Shown: positions 25,583 to 35,429, counted from the first letter of the stretch. The stretch is 64,000 bases of DNA from Parcubacteria group bacterium (GCA_028286825.1 JAQBQV010000002.1:66157-130156), one strand, 5' to 3'. Notes: generated by a model not told the origin, from the letters alone. Translations and numbers: made by a program.

Positions 25583-27961
25583 ATGCCTAAAACTGCAAAA
25601 TCTCCTGTTCGCGCAAAGGCTGTCACTGCGAGTCCAGCACTCAAAGTCGTCACGCCACCACTATCAAAAGAAACACTTCGTTACCGCGAAATGATCACTC
25701 AAGTTGAGAAGCGGGACGGCAGACTGGTCGCCTTTGATTTCGACAAAATCGCAAACGCTATCTGGAAGGCGATGGCAGCGGCGGAGGAAGGCAGTCTTGA
25801 AGATGCAACGCTCGTTGCACATCAGGTCGCAGGGGAACTCGCGCGTTTTGCAAAGAAGTACAAGAATTTCCTCCCAACCGTTGAGGGGATGCAGGATTCA
25901 GTTGAGAAATACCTAATTCTGAACGACTACGTGAAAACAGCAAAATCGTATATTCTTTACCGTGACAAGCGTGCTCAACTTCGTTCGCAGCAAATTGAGA
26001 TCCCCGAGCGTGTCCGCACCCTGGCGGAGGAGAGTGCTAAGTATTTCAAAGGAAATTCCCTAGGTGAATTTGTGTATCTCAGGTCATATTCGAAATGGGT
26101 TCCGGAAGAAGGTCGTCGCGAAACGTGGGTTGAGACTGTCGATCGTTACATTAGCTTCATGCGCGAGAATCTTGGTACAAAACTTACCGACAAGGAGTAT
26201 AGCGAGGTGCGTATGGCGATCCTTAATCAGGAGGTGATGGGTTCCATGCGCCTCATGCAGTTTGCTGGTGACGCTGCACGACGGTCGAATGTTTGTGGAT
26301 ATAACTGTTCGTATATTGCTCCCTCCAAGCTCGAGGATTTTGCTGAGATCATGTATATCTCTATGCGCGGAACAGGTGTAGGATTTTCAGTTGAAAGCCA
26401 AAACATCCAGGCGCTTCCACAAATTAAATATCAGCGTGGGGGGAAGGTGGGATCGTTTGTAGTCGAAGACTCAGCAGAAGGCTGGTGCGATGCGCTCACG
26501 GCCGGATTGAAGACATGGTATGACGGAGGAGATGTTGTTTTTGATTACTCTCAGGTGCGTCCGGCTGGTGCGCGACTTAAAACGATGGGAGGGAAAGCCT
26601 CTGGTCCTGAGCCGTTAAAGAACCTGCTTGATTTTACTCGCGCTCGCGTACTTGCTCGCCAGGGTCGCCGTCTACGCAATATCGATGCGCACGACGTTAT
26701 CTGTAATATAGGTGCCTGCGTGGTGGCTGGCGGAGTTCGACGTTCGGCAATGATCTCACTCTCAGATATTGACGACTCTGATGTGCGCGACGCAAAGAAG
26801 GGTCAATTCTATATGTCTGAGCCGCAGCGATCAATTGCGAACAACTCAGCAGTCTATTTGGAGAAACCAAGTAACGAGGATTTTGTCGATGAATGGATTG
26901 CACTCATGAAGAGTAGGGCAGGCGAACGAGGAATTTTCAATCGCGGAGGGCTCATGACTCAACTCCCGTCACGTCGCATCAAGAATTGGGAGAAGACCGG
27001 GTATATCAGTGACGGTCGAATTGTTGAACAGCCAGGCACTAATCCCTGCGGAGAGATTATTCTCAAGTCGAAGCAGTTCTGTAACCTTTCAGAAATCATT
27101 GCACGCGCAGATGACACGAAAGAATCGCTGGTTCGGAAAGCACGGGTCGCGGCGCTCCTTGGTACGTACCAATCAACGCTTACTACGCTCCCGTATCTTT
27201 CCAAGGAGTGGAAGGAGAACTGTGAGAATGAGCGTCTACTGGGTGTTTCGATCACTGGACAATGGGATTGCCCAGTCGTGCGTAATGCTGAGGTGCTTGA
27301 GGCGATTCGAGCTGAAACGATTGCTACGAACAAGAAGTACGCAAAGCGTTTCGGGGTAAATGAATCGACAGCGATTACGTGCACAAAGCCTTCTGGCACC
27401 GTCTCTCAAACCTTCGATGTGGCAAGCGGTATGCATCCGCGACACTCGCCATACTATATTCGTCGAATTCGTATTAGCGCTACGGACTCACTCTTTAAGA
27501 TGATGCGCGATCAGGGTGTGCCGTATCATCCTGAGGTTGGACAGAATATCGAAGACGCTAATACGTTCGTACTCGAGTTTGCGGTACAAGCTCCGGAAAA
27601 CGCCGTCTGTAAGGATGACCTTACTGCGATCGACCAGCTCGAACACTGGAAATTGGTTAAGGAGCACTTCACTGAGCACAATCCGTCAGTGACGATCTCC
27701 GTCGGGGACGATGAGTGGATCGCTGTTGCTAACTGGGTGTATGCGAACTGGAGCATTGTTGGCGGCCTCTCATTCCTACCGCGTTCCAACCACGTCTACC
27801 GTTTGGCGCCCTACGAGACGATAACCAAAGCGCAGTATGAAGACTTCACCTCGCGTTTTCCGAAAATCGATTATGCGAAACTGTATACGTACGAGCGCCA
27901 GGATGAGACTGAAATGAAAAAAGAGCTTGCGTGTGCTGGTGGTACGTGCGAAATAATGTAA
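25583..27961 (+). CDS. nrdJ: adenosylcobalamin-dependent (class II) ribonucleotide reductase with N-terminal ATP-cone
   Basis: ATP-cone VEKRDGRLVAFDFDKIANAIWKA, active-site loop TNPCGEI, C-terminal Cys pair CAGGTCEIM. ORF track TTG start 25553. Confidence 0.85.
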   Translation: MPKTAKSPVRAKAVTASPALKVVTPPLSKETLRYREMITQVEKRDGRLVAFDFDKIANAIWKAMAAAEEGSLEDATLVAHQVAGELARFAKKYKNFLPTVEGMQDSVEKYLILNDYVKTAKSYILYRDKRAQLRSQQIEIPERVRTLAEESAKYFKGNSLGEFVYLRSYSKWVPEEGRRETWVETVDRYISFMRENLGTKLTDKEYSEVRMAILNQEVMGSMRLMQFAGDAARRSNVCGYNCSYIAPSKLEDFAEIMYISMRGTGVGFSVESQNIQALPQIKYQRGGKVGSFVVEDSAEGWCDALTAGLKTWYDGGDVVFDYSQVRPAGARLKTMGGKASGPEPLKNLLDFTRARVLARQGRRLRNIDAHDVICNIGACVVAGGVRRSAMISLSDIDDSDVRDAKKGQFYMSEPQRSIANNSAVYLEKPSNEDFVDEWIALMKSRAGERGIFNRGGLMTQLPSRRIKNWEKTGYISDGRIVEQPGTNPCGEIILKSKQFCNLSEIIARADDTKESLVRKARVAALLGTYQSTLTTLPYLSKEWKENCENERLLGVSITGQWDCPVVRNAEVLEAIRAETIATNKKYAKRFGVNESTAITCTKPSGTVSQTFDVASGMHPRHSPYYIRRIRISATDSLFKMMRDQGVPYHPEVGQNIEDANTFVLEFAVQAPENAVCKDDLTAIDQLEHWKLVKEHFTEHNPSVTISVGDDEWIAVANWVYANWSIVGGLSFLPRSNHVYRLAPYETITKAQYEDFTSRFPKIDYAKLYTYERQDETEMKKELACAGGTCEIM

Positions 27962-27973
27962 AGCGGTCAGAAG

Positions 27974-28013
27974 AAATGAGAAACCCCTCGCAGGAGCGTG
28001 GGGTTTCTCATTT
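27974..28013. terminator. 14-bp perfect hairpin shared by convergent nrdJ and rnpB
   Basis: AAATGAGAAACCCC-12 nt-GGGGTTTCTCATTT. The A/T tracts give a U-run on both strands. Confidence 0.8.
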
Positions 28014-28015
28014 AG

Positions 28016-28341
28016 TAGACCAGGTCGATAAGCCGAGTTCTGTCGCGGACAATCATTTATCTGGGCCTGTCATTACTGACAAGCTCGAGCGGCACTCCCT
28101 CGATTACTCAAGGGCACGGCCTTGCATGCGGGTAAGGATTTGTTCGTTGCATCCTGTTCTTTCAAACAGGCTCTCCCCGAAGGGAGTCGCCGGCTTTCGC
28201 CTTTGACGTTTCTGTAGTCACCTCTATCCTCGCGGACGACGGGCGTTACCCGCTACCTTTCTCAAAGCGCTCGCGCGCTTTGGCATGCTCGGACTTTCCT
28301 CCCTCTACATTACATAGAGAGCGATCGCCTAACCTGGTCCT
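28016..28341 (-). ncRNA. rnpB: RNase P RNA (bacterial type A)
   Basis: Minus strand carries GAGGAAAGTCCGAGC, GGGTAACGCCC, AGATAAATGATTGTCC and ACAGAACTCGGCTTATCG. P1 pairs AGGACCAGGT with ACCTGGTCT. Ends are approximate. Confidence 0.88.
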
Positions 28342-28346
28342 AGGCG

Positions 28347-28355
28347 ACTATACCA
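28347..28355 (-). promoter_or_regulatory. extended -10 (TGGTATAGT) for rnpB
   Basis: On the minus strand, about 6-7 nt upstream of the P1 5' strand. Confidence 0.5.
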
Positions 28356-28357
28356 CA

Positions 28358-28391
28358 CCCTACCTGTGGACGAGAAGCTCGACAGGTAGGG
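28358..28391. repeat. perfect 10-bp inverted repeat (CCCTACCTGT-14 nt-ACAGGTAGGG)
   Basis: Lies between the divergent -10 boxes of rnpB (28347-28352) and the 28443 gene (TATACT 28400-28405). The spacer contains an inner CGAG/CTCG pairing. Confidence 0.6.
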
Positions 28392-28442
28392 TTTACGAGT
28401 ATACTAACTATATTAATAGTTAGCGTCATATTTTATTTCATT

Positions 28443-30818
28443 ATGCCTCCGCAACAGTCAGCAGTGGTTCAGTCGCGCCGTTCTATTGAAGCGATAAGTA
28501 TCTGGGCACTTTTTGCGACAATCATCGTAAGTTTATTCGTATTTCTACCATCAAGCGTAGTGCCGACTAATGCTACTAAAGCATTTGTACTTGCTTCAGG
28601 CACCCTGATTACGCTCGCGCTTTTTATCCTCGCTAGACTGTCTCGAGGCAATGTTATTCTCCCGCCACTTCTCTTAGTTGGTGCCCTTTGGCTTCCAGCA
28701 ATTGCATACGCTCTTTCTACCGTTTTTTCTGGAGCCCCGTTCTCAATGACGCTCTGGGGAGTCGCGTTTGAGCCTGACACACTTGGGGTTATGCTCACTG
28801 CAGCTGTGCTTGGCACATTAGCAGCGTTCATGCTTCGTCGTCCTGAGCAGTACAAGACGTTCCTGAAGGTAAGTGCCTACGCGCTTGGCGTCTTTGCGAT
28901 TCTTGAAGTCTTGGTCATCATCATCGGACAAATTTCACCTACTACGATTTCGCCTGCGTTCTCACTGGTTGGATCAATCGATGATCAGGCATATCTTCTC
29001 GGTCTTGGTGTGATTGCACTACTCATCACATTCAGATTTATTGAGGTCACGAAGAAGATGTATCGCGCACTCCTTATTAGCGGTGTGCTTGCGCTTTTTC
29101 TCCTGGCGATCGCTAACTCGTCGGTGGTATGGATCCTCATCGCACTTGTTGCGCTCGGGCTCTTTGTCGAAGCCGTAATGCAGCGTGGTCCTAAGTCAGG
29201 AGAAAGTGATATGGGTGACACCGTTGTGGTAATGGAGACTGCTCTTGAGGGTGACGAAGGTACGCACTCGCTCGTGCTTCCACTCGTTGTTCTTGCGATC
29301 TCGTTGTTCTTCCTTATTAGCGGTACCTTAGGCGGTGCGCTCGCTAATGCGCTTCATGTAAATGTGGTCAATGTCCGTCCGTCCTGGCAGTCGACCTTCG
29401 GCGTCACGCGCGGCGCGTACTCAGCGACACCAATCTTCGGCAGTGGTCCTGCAACCTTTGGATCCGAGTGGCTCAAATATCGTGATGCTTCTCTTAACAC
29501 AACGGTCTTCTGGAACACTGACTTCTCATCAGGCATTGGCTTTGTTCCGACCTCGCTTGTGACGACCGGTATTGTCGGAGGACTTGCTTGGCTCGCATTT
29601 CTGGCGCTTCTCATCATATTTGGACTTCGGATGATTGTCCTGCGAGCGCCAGTTGATCCTTTTATTCGGTATGTTGCCATGCTTTCGTTTATCGGAGCAA
29701 TATACCTCTTCGTAAATGCGATCTTCGGTCTACCAAATGTAGTGATCTTGGTGCTTGGTTTTGTGTTTGCCGGTCTGTTTATCTCGACAATGCGCTTTGC
29801 AAGCGGCGCTGAGCAACGCGGTATCGTCTTTTCGAAGAGCCCTCGCCTCGGCTTTGTGATTGTCTTCCTGCTCACCATCCTTCTCTTGGGATCAGTGGTA
29901 GCAGGTTATACAGTCGTTGAGCGCTATGTTGCAACCTCGCAGCTCGCAAGTGCAAGTGCAAGTTATGCCGCGGGTAATCTTGATGCTGCGGAACAGGCAG
30001 CACAAAGTTCGATTGCCTTTGCTCCAACCGCCTCGGCCTATCAGATACAGGCTGTCGTTGCGAGCGGCAGATTGGCTAAAATTGTTTCATCAACCACGAT
30101 GACAACTGCTACGGCGCAAAAGGACTTCCAAACTGCGCTCTCGGCAGGCATCAACGCTGGGCTCACTGCTACTAAGCTCAATCCGTCTGATTATCAGAAT
30201 TGGATCATTCTCGGCAACTTGTATGCTCAGGCAGTGCCGCTAAACGTCGCACAGGCCTATGAAAGCGCAAAAACCGCGTACCAAAAAGCGATGGCCCTGA
30301 ACCCAACAAATCCTCAAATCCCGTATGTCATGGCACAGCTCGACATTGCCCATAAAGATAACAAGGCAGCTGAAGCAGATCTCAAGCAAGCAATTGCCCT
30401 GAAGCAGGACTACACTGCTGCAATCTTTCTCCTTTCGCAGCTTGAAGTACAGGACGGCAATGTAAAAGATGCGCTCGCAGCCTCACTTGCCGCGGCTTAC
30501 TTTCAACCGAATGATCCGAATATCCTCTTCCAAGTTGGTATTCTCGCCGCAGCGCAGAACGATCTCGCAACGGCAGGCGCAGCGTTAAAGCAAGCGGTTG
30601 AGGTAAATCCACAGTTTGCTAACGCACGCTACTTCCTCGCGGCAGTCTATGCAAAGCAAGGGGATCTTGCTGGCGCAGTGAAAGAGATGCAGGCAATTGC
30701 CGACATATCAGCTGAGAACGCGACAGCAGTTGCTAGTCAGCTCACCACACTAAAGGCAGGAAAGAACCCGTTCCCAGCAAATCTTCTTTCACTTCCCGGA
30801 ACACCTGTAACCCCATAA
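28443..30818 (+). CDS. polytopic membrane protein (O-antigen ligase/Wzy-like) with C-terminal TPR repeats
   Basis: At least 10 TM helices in the first ~480 aa. The C-terminal ~300 aa carry TPR-like repeats (YQKAMALNPTNPQ, AIALKQDYTAA, AVEVNPQFANARYFLAAVYAKQGD). Confidence 0.7.
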   Translation: MPPQQSAVVQSRRSIEAISIWALFATIIVSLFVFLPSSVVPTNATKAFVLASGTLITLALFILARLSRGNVILPPLLLVGALWLPAIAYALSTVFSGAPFSMTLWGVAFEPDTLGVMLTAAVLGTLAAFMLRRPEQYKTFLKVSAYALGVFAILEVLVIIIGQISPTTISPAFSLVGSIDDQAYLLGLGVIALLITFRFIEVTKKMYRALLISGVLALFLLAIANSSVVWILIALVALGLFVEAVMQRGPKSGESDMGDTVVVMETALEGDEGTHSLVLPLVVLAISLFFLISGTLGGALANALHVNVVNVRPSWQSTFGVTRGAYSATPIFGSGPATFGSEWLKYRDASLNTTVFWNTDFSSGIGFVPTSLVTTGIVGGLAWLAFLALLIIFGLRMIVLRAPVDPFIRYVAMLSFIGAIYLFVNAIFGLPNVVILVLGFVFAGLFISTMRFASGAEQRGIVFSKSPRLGFVIVFLLTILLLGSVVAGYTVVERYVATSQLASASASYAAGNLDAAEQAAQSSIAFAPTASAYQIQAVVASGRLAKIVSSTTMTTATAQKDFQTALSAGINAGLTATKLNPSDYQNWIILGNLYAQAVPLNVAQAYESAKTAYQKAMALNPTNPQIPYVMAQLDIAHKDNKAAEADLKQAIALKQDYTAAIFLLSQLEVQDGNVKDALAASLAAAYFQPNDPNILFQVGILAAAQNDLATAGAALKQAVEVNPQFANARYFLAAVYAKQGDLAGAVKEMQAIADISAENATAVASQLTTLKAGKNPFPANLLSLPGTPVTP

Positions 30819-30841
30819 CGATTCATATCGTTATAGTTTAA

Positions 30842-30869
30842 AACGGCGGGGGATTCCTCCGCCGTTTTT
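30842..30869 (+). terminator. rho-independent terminator
   Basis: ACGGCGG..ggattcct..CCGCCGT followed by TTTTTA. Confidence 0.75.
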
Positions 30870-30901
30870 AACTATAGACCGCTATAGAGTATGATAAGAC
30901 A

Positions 30902-32584
30902 ATGGTTCGAGGGATATTAGAGAGGATCGCAGCCCCTGTACGCGGCCTTCACCAGGCCGCGTACTTGCTGGCGGCGCTCACTTTAGCTTCGCAAGCGCTG
31001 GCTTTACTTCGGGACCGCACCTTTGCGCACACCTTTGGCGCCGGTCAGATTCTCGACCTCTATTATGCGGGATTTCGCGTGCCGGATCTCGTTTTTGCCT
31101 TGGTTTCTTCTCTGGTGAGTGCGTATGTGCTCATCCCGCGCATTACGGGCATGAAGCGCGAAGAGGTCCAACAACTTCTCTCCGAATGCTGTACTTTTCT
31201 CATCGTCGTGGGCGGACTCATTTGTGCTGTGCTTGCAGTTTGGATGCCGCAGTTTCTCGCCGTACTCTACCCAGACCTTCTCCACTCGGATTACCGCGAC
31301 TCGTTTATACTATTGTCGCGTTTGCTCCTCATTCAGCCGATCCTTTTAGGACTCTCGGGTGTACTTGCGAGCGTGACGCAGGTGCACCGACGCTTTATGC
31401 TCTTCGCTCTCTCTCCTGTTTTTTATAATCTCGGTATTATTCTCGGTACGACGGTATTCTATCCGCGGTGGGGTCTTGTTGGGATTGGCGTTGGGGTACT
31501 TATCGGTGCTGTTGCATACTTGGCGGTAAATATTCCCGTTCTCATGAGGGCAGGCGTATTCCCTCAATTCCGTTTCCCGACTCGGGCGAGAATGCAGAGC
31601 ATCGTGAAAGACTCTGTTCCGCGTTCGTTGGCGCTTGGCATGGGCTCAATCACACTCCTCGCGCTCACAGCCTTTGCCTCAAGACTCGGGACAGGTGCGG
31701 TGTCGCTCTTCTCTCTTGCTTCCAATTTGGAGTCGGTGCCTCTTGGGCTTATCGGCGCTTCGTATGCGGTCGCAGCATTTCCGGCACTCTCCGAAACCGC
31801 TGCGCCAGAAAAACGCAGCGAATTCACGGCGATACTCGGAGCAGGCGCACGTCATGTGATCCTTTGGTCGATCGTCGCGCTCGGCCTCATTGCGGTATTG
31901 CGTGCGTACCTGGTCCGCGTGATCCTTGGTACCGGTGCATTTGATTGGGACGCAACTCGACTTACCGCAGCTCTACTGGTGATTCTTGCGATTGGCCTTG
32001 TTGCGCAAGGACTTATTCTCCTGTTTTCGCGGGCACTGTATGCCATCAAAAAGTCGTGGGGGCCACTTCTGTATCAAATCCTTGCAGGCGCGCTCACGGT
32101 TGCACTTGCGGCCTATTTTCTCGCATTTCCAAATGCTGCGCTGCTCACCTGGTTTGCTGCCTTCCTTAAGGTGAGTGATGTACAGGGTACAGCAGTGCTC
32201 GTCATTGCCGCCGCTGCGACCGTTGGTCAGCTGGTTCTGGTTTGTCTCTGCCTCTTCGCGCTTCGCAAAGAAACACCAGATTTAAATCGTACTCTCGTGA
32301 AGCCGTTCCTCCACGGCATCATTGCGGCTATAAGTGCCGGTGCAGCTGCATATGTCGTGCTTATGCTCCTCGGTGAGATCGCGCCGCTCACTACGCTACT
32401 CACCGTCTTTACTGATGGTCTTATTGCGGGTATCGTGGGCTTACTCGCTGCGGCGCTTGCATTATATCTTCTCGAAAACGAAGAGTTTCGCATCGTCACC
32501 TCCGCGCTTACGCGACTAGTGCGTCCGAATCGTGGAGACACGCCCGTTTCAGTCCCGTCAGCCGAGCAACCTATACAACCGTGA
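30902..32584 (+). CDS. murJ: lipid II flippase MurJ/MviN
   Basis: 560 aa, about 14 TM helices. N-terminal SQALALLRDRTFAHTFGAG..LDLYYAGFRVPDL. TATGAT lies 6 nt upstream. Confidence 0.88.
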   Translation: MVRGILERIAAPVRGLHQAAYLLAALTLASQALALLRDRTFAHTFGAGQILDLYYAGFRVPDLVFALVSSLVSAYVLIPRITGMKREEVQQLLSECCTFLIVVGGLICAVLAVWMPQFLAVLYPDLLHSDYRDSFILLSRLLLIQPILLGLSGVLASVTQVHRRFMLFALSPVFYNLGIILGTTVFYPRWGLVGIGVGVLIGAVAYLAVNIPVLMRAGVFPQFRFPTRARMQSIVKDSVPRSLALGMGSITLLALTAFASRLGTGAVSLFSLASNLESVPLGLIGASYAVAAFPALSETAAPEKRSEFTAILGAGARHVILWSIVALGLIAVLRAYLVRVILGTGAFDWDATRLTAALLVILAIGLVAQGLILLFSRALYAIKKSWGPLLYQILAGALTVALAAYFLAFPNAALLTWFAAFLKVSDVQGTAVLVIAAAATVGQLVLVCLCLFALRKETPDLNRTLVKPFLHGIIAAISAGAAAYVVLMLLGEIAPLTTLLTVFTDGLIAGIVGLLAAALALYLLENEEFRIVTSALTRLVRPNRGDTPVSVPSAEQPIQP

Positions 32585-34368
32585 ACCCTTCTCATATTCG
32601 AAACTTTTCTATCATCGCCCACATCGACCACGGCAAGTCGACCTTGGCTGATCGCTTACTTGAACGCACGGGGACGATTCCCGAGCGCATGATGCGTGAT
32701 CAGTTCCTCGACCGTATGGATCTCGAGCGCGAGCGTGGCATCACCATCAAGATGCAGCCCGTACGAATGAAGTACAAGGACTACACGCTTAACTTAATTG
32801 ACACTCCTGGGCATATCGATTTCTCCTACGAGGTGTCGCGCGCGCTCCATGCCGTTGAGGGCGTACTTCTCTTAGTCGATTCCACACAAGGGATTCAAGC
32901 GCAAACGTTAACGACACTAGCGATGGCACAAGCGCAAGGATGCGTCGTGATTCCCATTGTCTCTAAGATCGATTCCCCAGCAGCACGAGTAAGCGAAGTA
33001 AGGGACGAGCTTGCGCGACTGGTGCATGTATCGCCAGACGAAGTTCTGGCAGTCTCAGGTAAGACCGGTGCGGGAGTCGAAGAACTACTAGAAGCGATCG
33101 TCGCGCGGGTCCCGGCACCAACTGCTGGAGGAGGTGAGGCGCGGGGATTAATTTTTGACTTTTCATATTCAAGTCATCGCGGTATAGCGGTTTATTTGCG
33201 CGTCTTCGATGGCACCTTTAAAAAAGGGCAGCCGCTCACCTTCCATGCAGCAGGAAAGGACTTTATTGCACTTGAAACAGGTATTTTTATGCCGGGCGAA
33301 ACACCGGCGGAGTCTCTTTCAGCTGGAGAGATTGGTTACATTGTTACCGGTATTAAAGAGCCTGGTATCGTGGGCGTCGGGGATACGGTAGGAGCCGCGA
33401 AGGGGGCGTTGCCGGCTCTTCCCGGCTACGGCAAGCCACGACCAGTCGTATGGGCGTCGGTCTATCCCGAAAGCCAAGACGATCTGCCAAATTTGCGTAA
33501 AGCCCTTGGGCAATTACGTCTGTCAGATTCATCGCTCTCCTTTGAGGAGGAGTCGTCAGGGGTTCTTGGGCGCGGCTTTCGCTGTGGCTTTTTGGGCCTT
33601 CTCCATCTTGAAATCATTACGGAGCGACTGCGTCGCGAGTTTGATCTCACGCTCATCGTGACGATCCCGACGATTTCGTATGTGGTCACAAGAAACAATG
33701 GCGAGCGTGAAGTGATCTATACGCCTGCGAAGTTCCCTGAGCACGGTGAGATCAAAATGATCGAAGAGCCATGGGTAAAGGTAATCATCATTACTCCTGC
33801 AGACGTGGTGAGCTCGTTAATACAGCTCCTTTACGATCATGAAGCACAGACGATGGCGACTGAGACGTATCACGATGGACGTATTGAAATGATCGTGGAG
33901 ATGCCGCTCCGTGAACTCATGCGTGGTTTTTTTGATACCCTCAAAAATATTTCTTCAGGCTACGCGTCACTCTCTTATGAGATGCTACCCGAGCGAGTAG
34001 CTGACGTAGCGCGTCTCGATATTCTCGTCGCTGACGAGGCCGTACCAGCCTTTGCGCGTGTGGTAGCGCGTAGGCGTGTTGAAGAAGAGGGAGAGAAAAT
34101 GGTTGAGAAGCTGCACGCCGTAATGCCAAAGCAGCTATTTGTGACTAAGATTCAGGCTCGAGTCCAGGGTCGTATCATCGCCTCGCGCTCCCTCTCGGCG
34201 ATGCGTAAAGACGTGACGGGTTACCTCTACGGCGGCGACGTCTCGCGTAAAAATAAGCTCCTTGATAAGCAGAAGAAGGGTAAAAAGCATCGCGCTCAGT
34301 TCGATAAAAATCGAGTCCAGATCCCCGAAGAAGTGTTTATGAAAATGGTGCAGTCTTCTGCCGAATAA
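32581..34368 (+). CDS. lepA: elongation factor 4 (LepA)
   Basis: GTG start overlapping the murJ stop (GTGA). G1 AHIDHGKSTLADR, G3 DTPGHIDF. LepA C-terminal domain with YGGDVSRKNKLL. Confidence 0.94.
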   Translation: MNPSHIRNFSIIAHIDHGKSTLADRLLERTGTIPERMMRDQFLDRMDLERERGITIKMQPVRMKYKDYTLNLIDTPGHIDFSYEVSRALHAVEGVLLLVDSTQGIQAQTLTTLAMAQAQGCVVIPIVSKIDSPAARVSEVRDELARLVHVSPDEVLAVSGKTGAGVEELLEAIVARVPAPTAGGGEARGLIFDFSYSSHRGIAVYLRVFDGTFKKGQPLTFHAAGKDFIALETGIFMPGETPAESLSAGEIGYIVTGIKEPGIVGVGDTVGAAKGALPALPGYGKPRPVVWASVYPESQDDLPNLRKALGQLRLSDSSLSFEEESSGVLGRGFRCGFLGLLHLEIITERLRREFDLTLIVTIPTISYVVTRNNGEREVIYTPAKFPEHGEIKMIEEPWVKVIIITPADVVSSLIQLLYDHEAQTMATETYHDGRIEMIVEMPLRELMRGFFDTLKNISSGYASLSYEMLPERVADVARLDILVADEAVPAFARVVARRRVEEEGEKMVEKLHAVMPKQLFVTKIQARVQGRIIASRSLSAMRKDVTGYLYGGDVSRKNKLLDKQKKGKKHRAQFDKNRVQIPEEVFMKMVQSSAE

Positions 34369-34458
34369 GCCAGAGGACTGGCTTCCTCCCGGCACTTGTC
34401 TCGAACGAATGCTCATACGCACTCGTTACTCGACTCGTTTGGTTGTAAACGGCTGAGG

Positions 34459-34464
34459 TATACT
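34459..34464 (+). promoter_or_regulatory. -10 box (TATACT) 6 nt upstream of ATG 34471
   Basis: ctgagGTATACTattttcATG; no SD. Confidence 0.5.
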
Positions 34465-34470
34465 ATTTTC

Positions 34471-34809
34471 ATGCGCGCGAAACAGTGGCGACAAGGGTTG
34501 ATTATCGGTATTCTTCTCCTGGTCGCTTTCTGGCTTGTGACGCTGATCTGGAGCCTGGGGGCTAAGGCTCATATAGCTATTTCAGAGGCTCAGCAGGCTA
34601 AAGCACACTATGAGGCTATCGAGGTGCGGAAAGCGGCTCTAGAGGCCAATATAGCCGCTATAGCGAGCGATAGAGGCAAGGATGCGGCTATTCGGACGGC
34701 CTTTGGAGTGGCCCGTCCTGGGGAAGAGGTGATTGTGGTGGTCCCGCCACAGGCAGCCACTACCACTCCAAAAAAGTCGTGGTGGCAGAAGCTGTTTGGA
34801 TGGTTTTAG
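34471..34809 (+). CDS. FtsB/DivIC-like septum formation initiator (weak call)
   Basis: 112 aa: a single TM helix, then a coiled coil (AISEAQQAKAHYEAIEVRKAALEANIAAI). ORF track start 34396. Confidence 0.45.
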   Translation: MRAKQWRQGLIIGILLLVAFWLVTLIWSLGAKAHIAISEAQQAKAHYEAIEVRKAALEANIAAIASDRGKDAAIRTAFGVARPGEEVIVVVPPQAATTTPKKSWWQKLFGWF

Positions 34810-34819
34810 AGCAGCACAA

Positions 34820-34843
34820 GCGGGTATGGTTCAGTGGTAGAAC
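34820..34843 (+). pseudogene. tRNA-Gly 5' fragment (acceptor + D arm only)
   Basis: GCGGGTATGGTTCAGTGGTAGAAC matches 21/24 positions of the 5' end of the intact tRNA-Gly 39 nt downstream. No anticodon or T arm follows. Confidence 0.6.
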
Positions 34844-34858
34844 CGTTTTCGCTTTTGT

Positions 34859-34929
34859 GCGGGATTGGTTTAGTGGTAGAACGCGACCTTCCCAAGGTTG
34901 AGACACGAGTTCGATTCTCGTATCCCGCA
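34859..34929 (+). tRNA. tRNA-Gly (anticodon CCC)
   Basis: 71 nt. Acceptor GCGGGAT/ATCCCGC, anticodon stem CGACC/GGTTG, loop TTCCCAA, T arm ACGAG-TTCGATT-CTCGT. Confidence 0.9.
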
Positions 34930-35095
34930 CAAAGCACGAAAACCGATGAAATTCGCATCCGAATTTCATGCCCTTAGCTATGATTTGAGCCAGACGTTCA
35001 AACGAGCGAAGACGAGTGCAGTGCCCAGCGCCAGTAGGCGGGCGGGTACTGGGGATAACTCAAAGTGGTATACTATACCTATAACTTCAATAATC

Positions 35096-35338
35096 ATGGA
35101 TAAAACAGTCACCATTTACAGCACGCCAACTTGCCACTTTTGCCAAATGACCAAGGATTTTCTTAAAGAAAAGGGAATTGGGTATACCGAATTCGACGTC
35201 GCACATGACCTCGAAAAGCGTCAGGAAATGATTCAAAAATCTGGACAGATGGGCGTACCGGTTATCTTTGTGGGCGAAGAACTCATCGTCGGTTTTGACA
35301 AGGAGAGGCTCGTCTCGACTCTTGGCATAACCGCATAA
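35096..35338 (+). CDS. glutaredoxin-like protein (NrdH/YruB type, 80 aa)
   Basis: Active site CHFC in TIYSTPTCHFCQMTKDFL, plus GVPVIFVGEELIVGFD. The upstream part of ORF 34898.. runs through tRNA-Gly and is discarded. Confidence 0.85.
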   Translation: MDKTVTIYSTPTCHFCQMTKDFLKEKGIGYTEFDVAHDLEKRQEMIQKSGQMGVPVIFVGEELIVGFDKERLVSTLGITA

Positions 35339-35429
35339 GTCCGGTTCAAATAACTTCGAAGACTGCGATACGCAGGCATACGTAGTGCAAAAGGATGTCA
35401 GCTTTCTGGCATTCTCTTTGCCTCGTCGC

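Noticed and set aside
29946-29963. Tandem hexamer repeats (GCAAGT x3 here; GCAAGC x3 at 59810-59827) as possible repeat arrays
   Set aside because: These are three-unit in-frame repeats inside CDSs, encoding SASASY and LALALA. They are not CRISPR or satellite arrays.
34898-35095. N-terminal extension of the glutaredoxin ORF (track start 34898)
   Set aside because: The extension begins inside tRNA-Gly and crosses a hairpin. The glutaredoxin fold starts at Met 35096, and a TGGTATACT box sits at 35066-35074.
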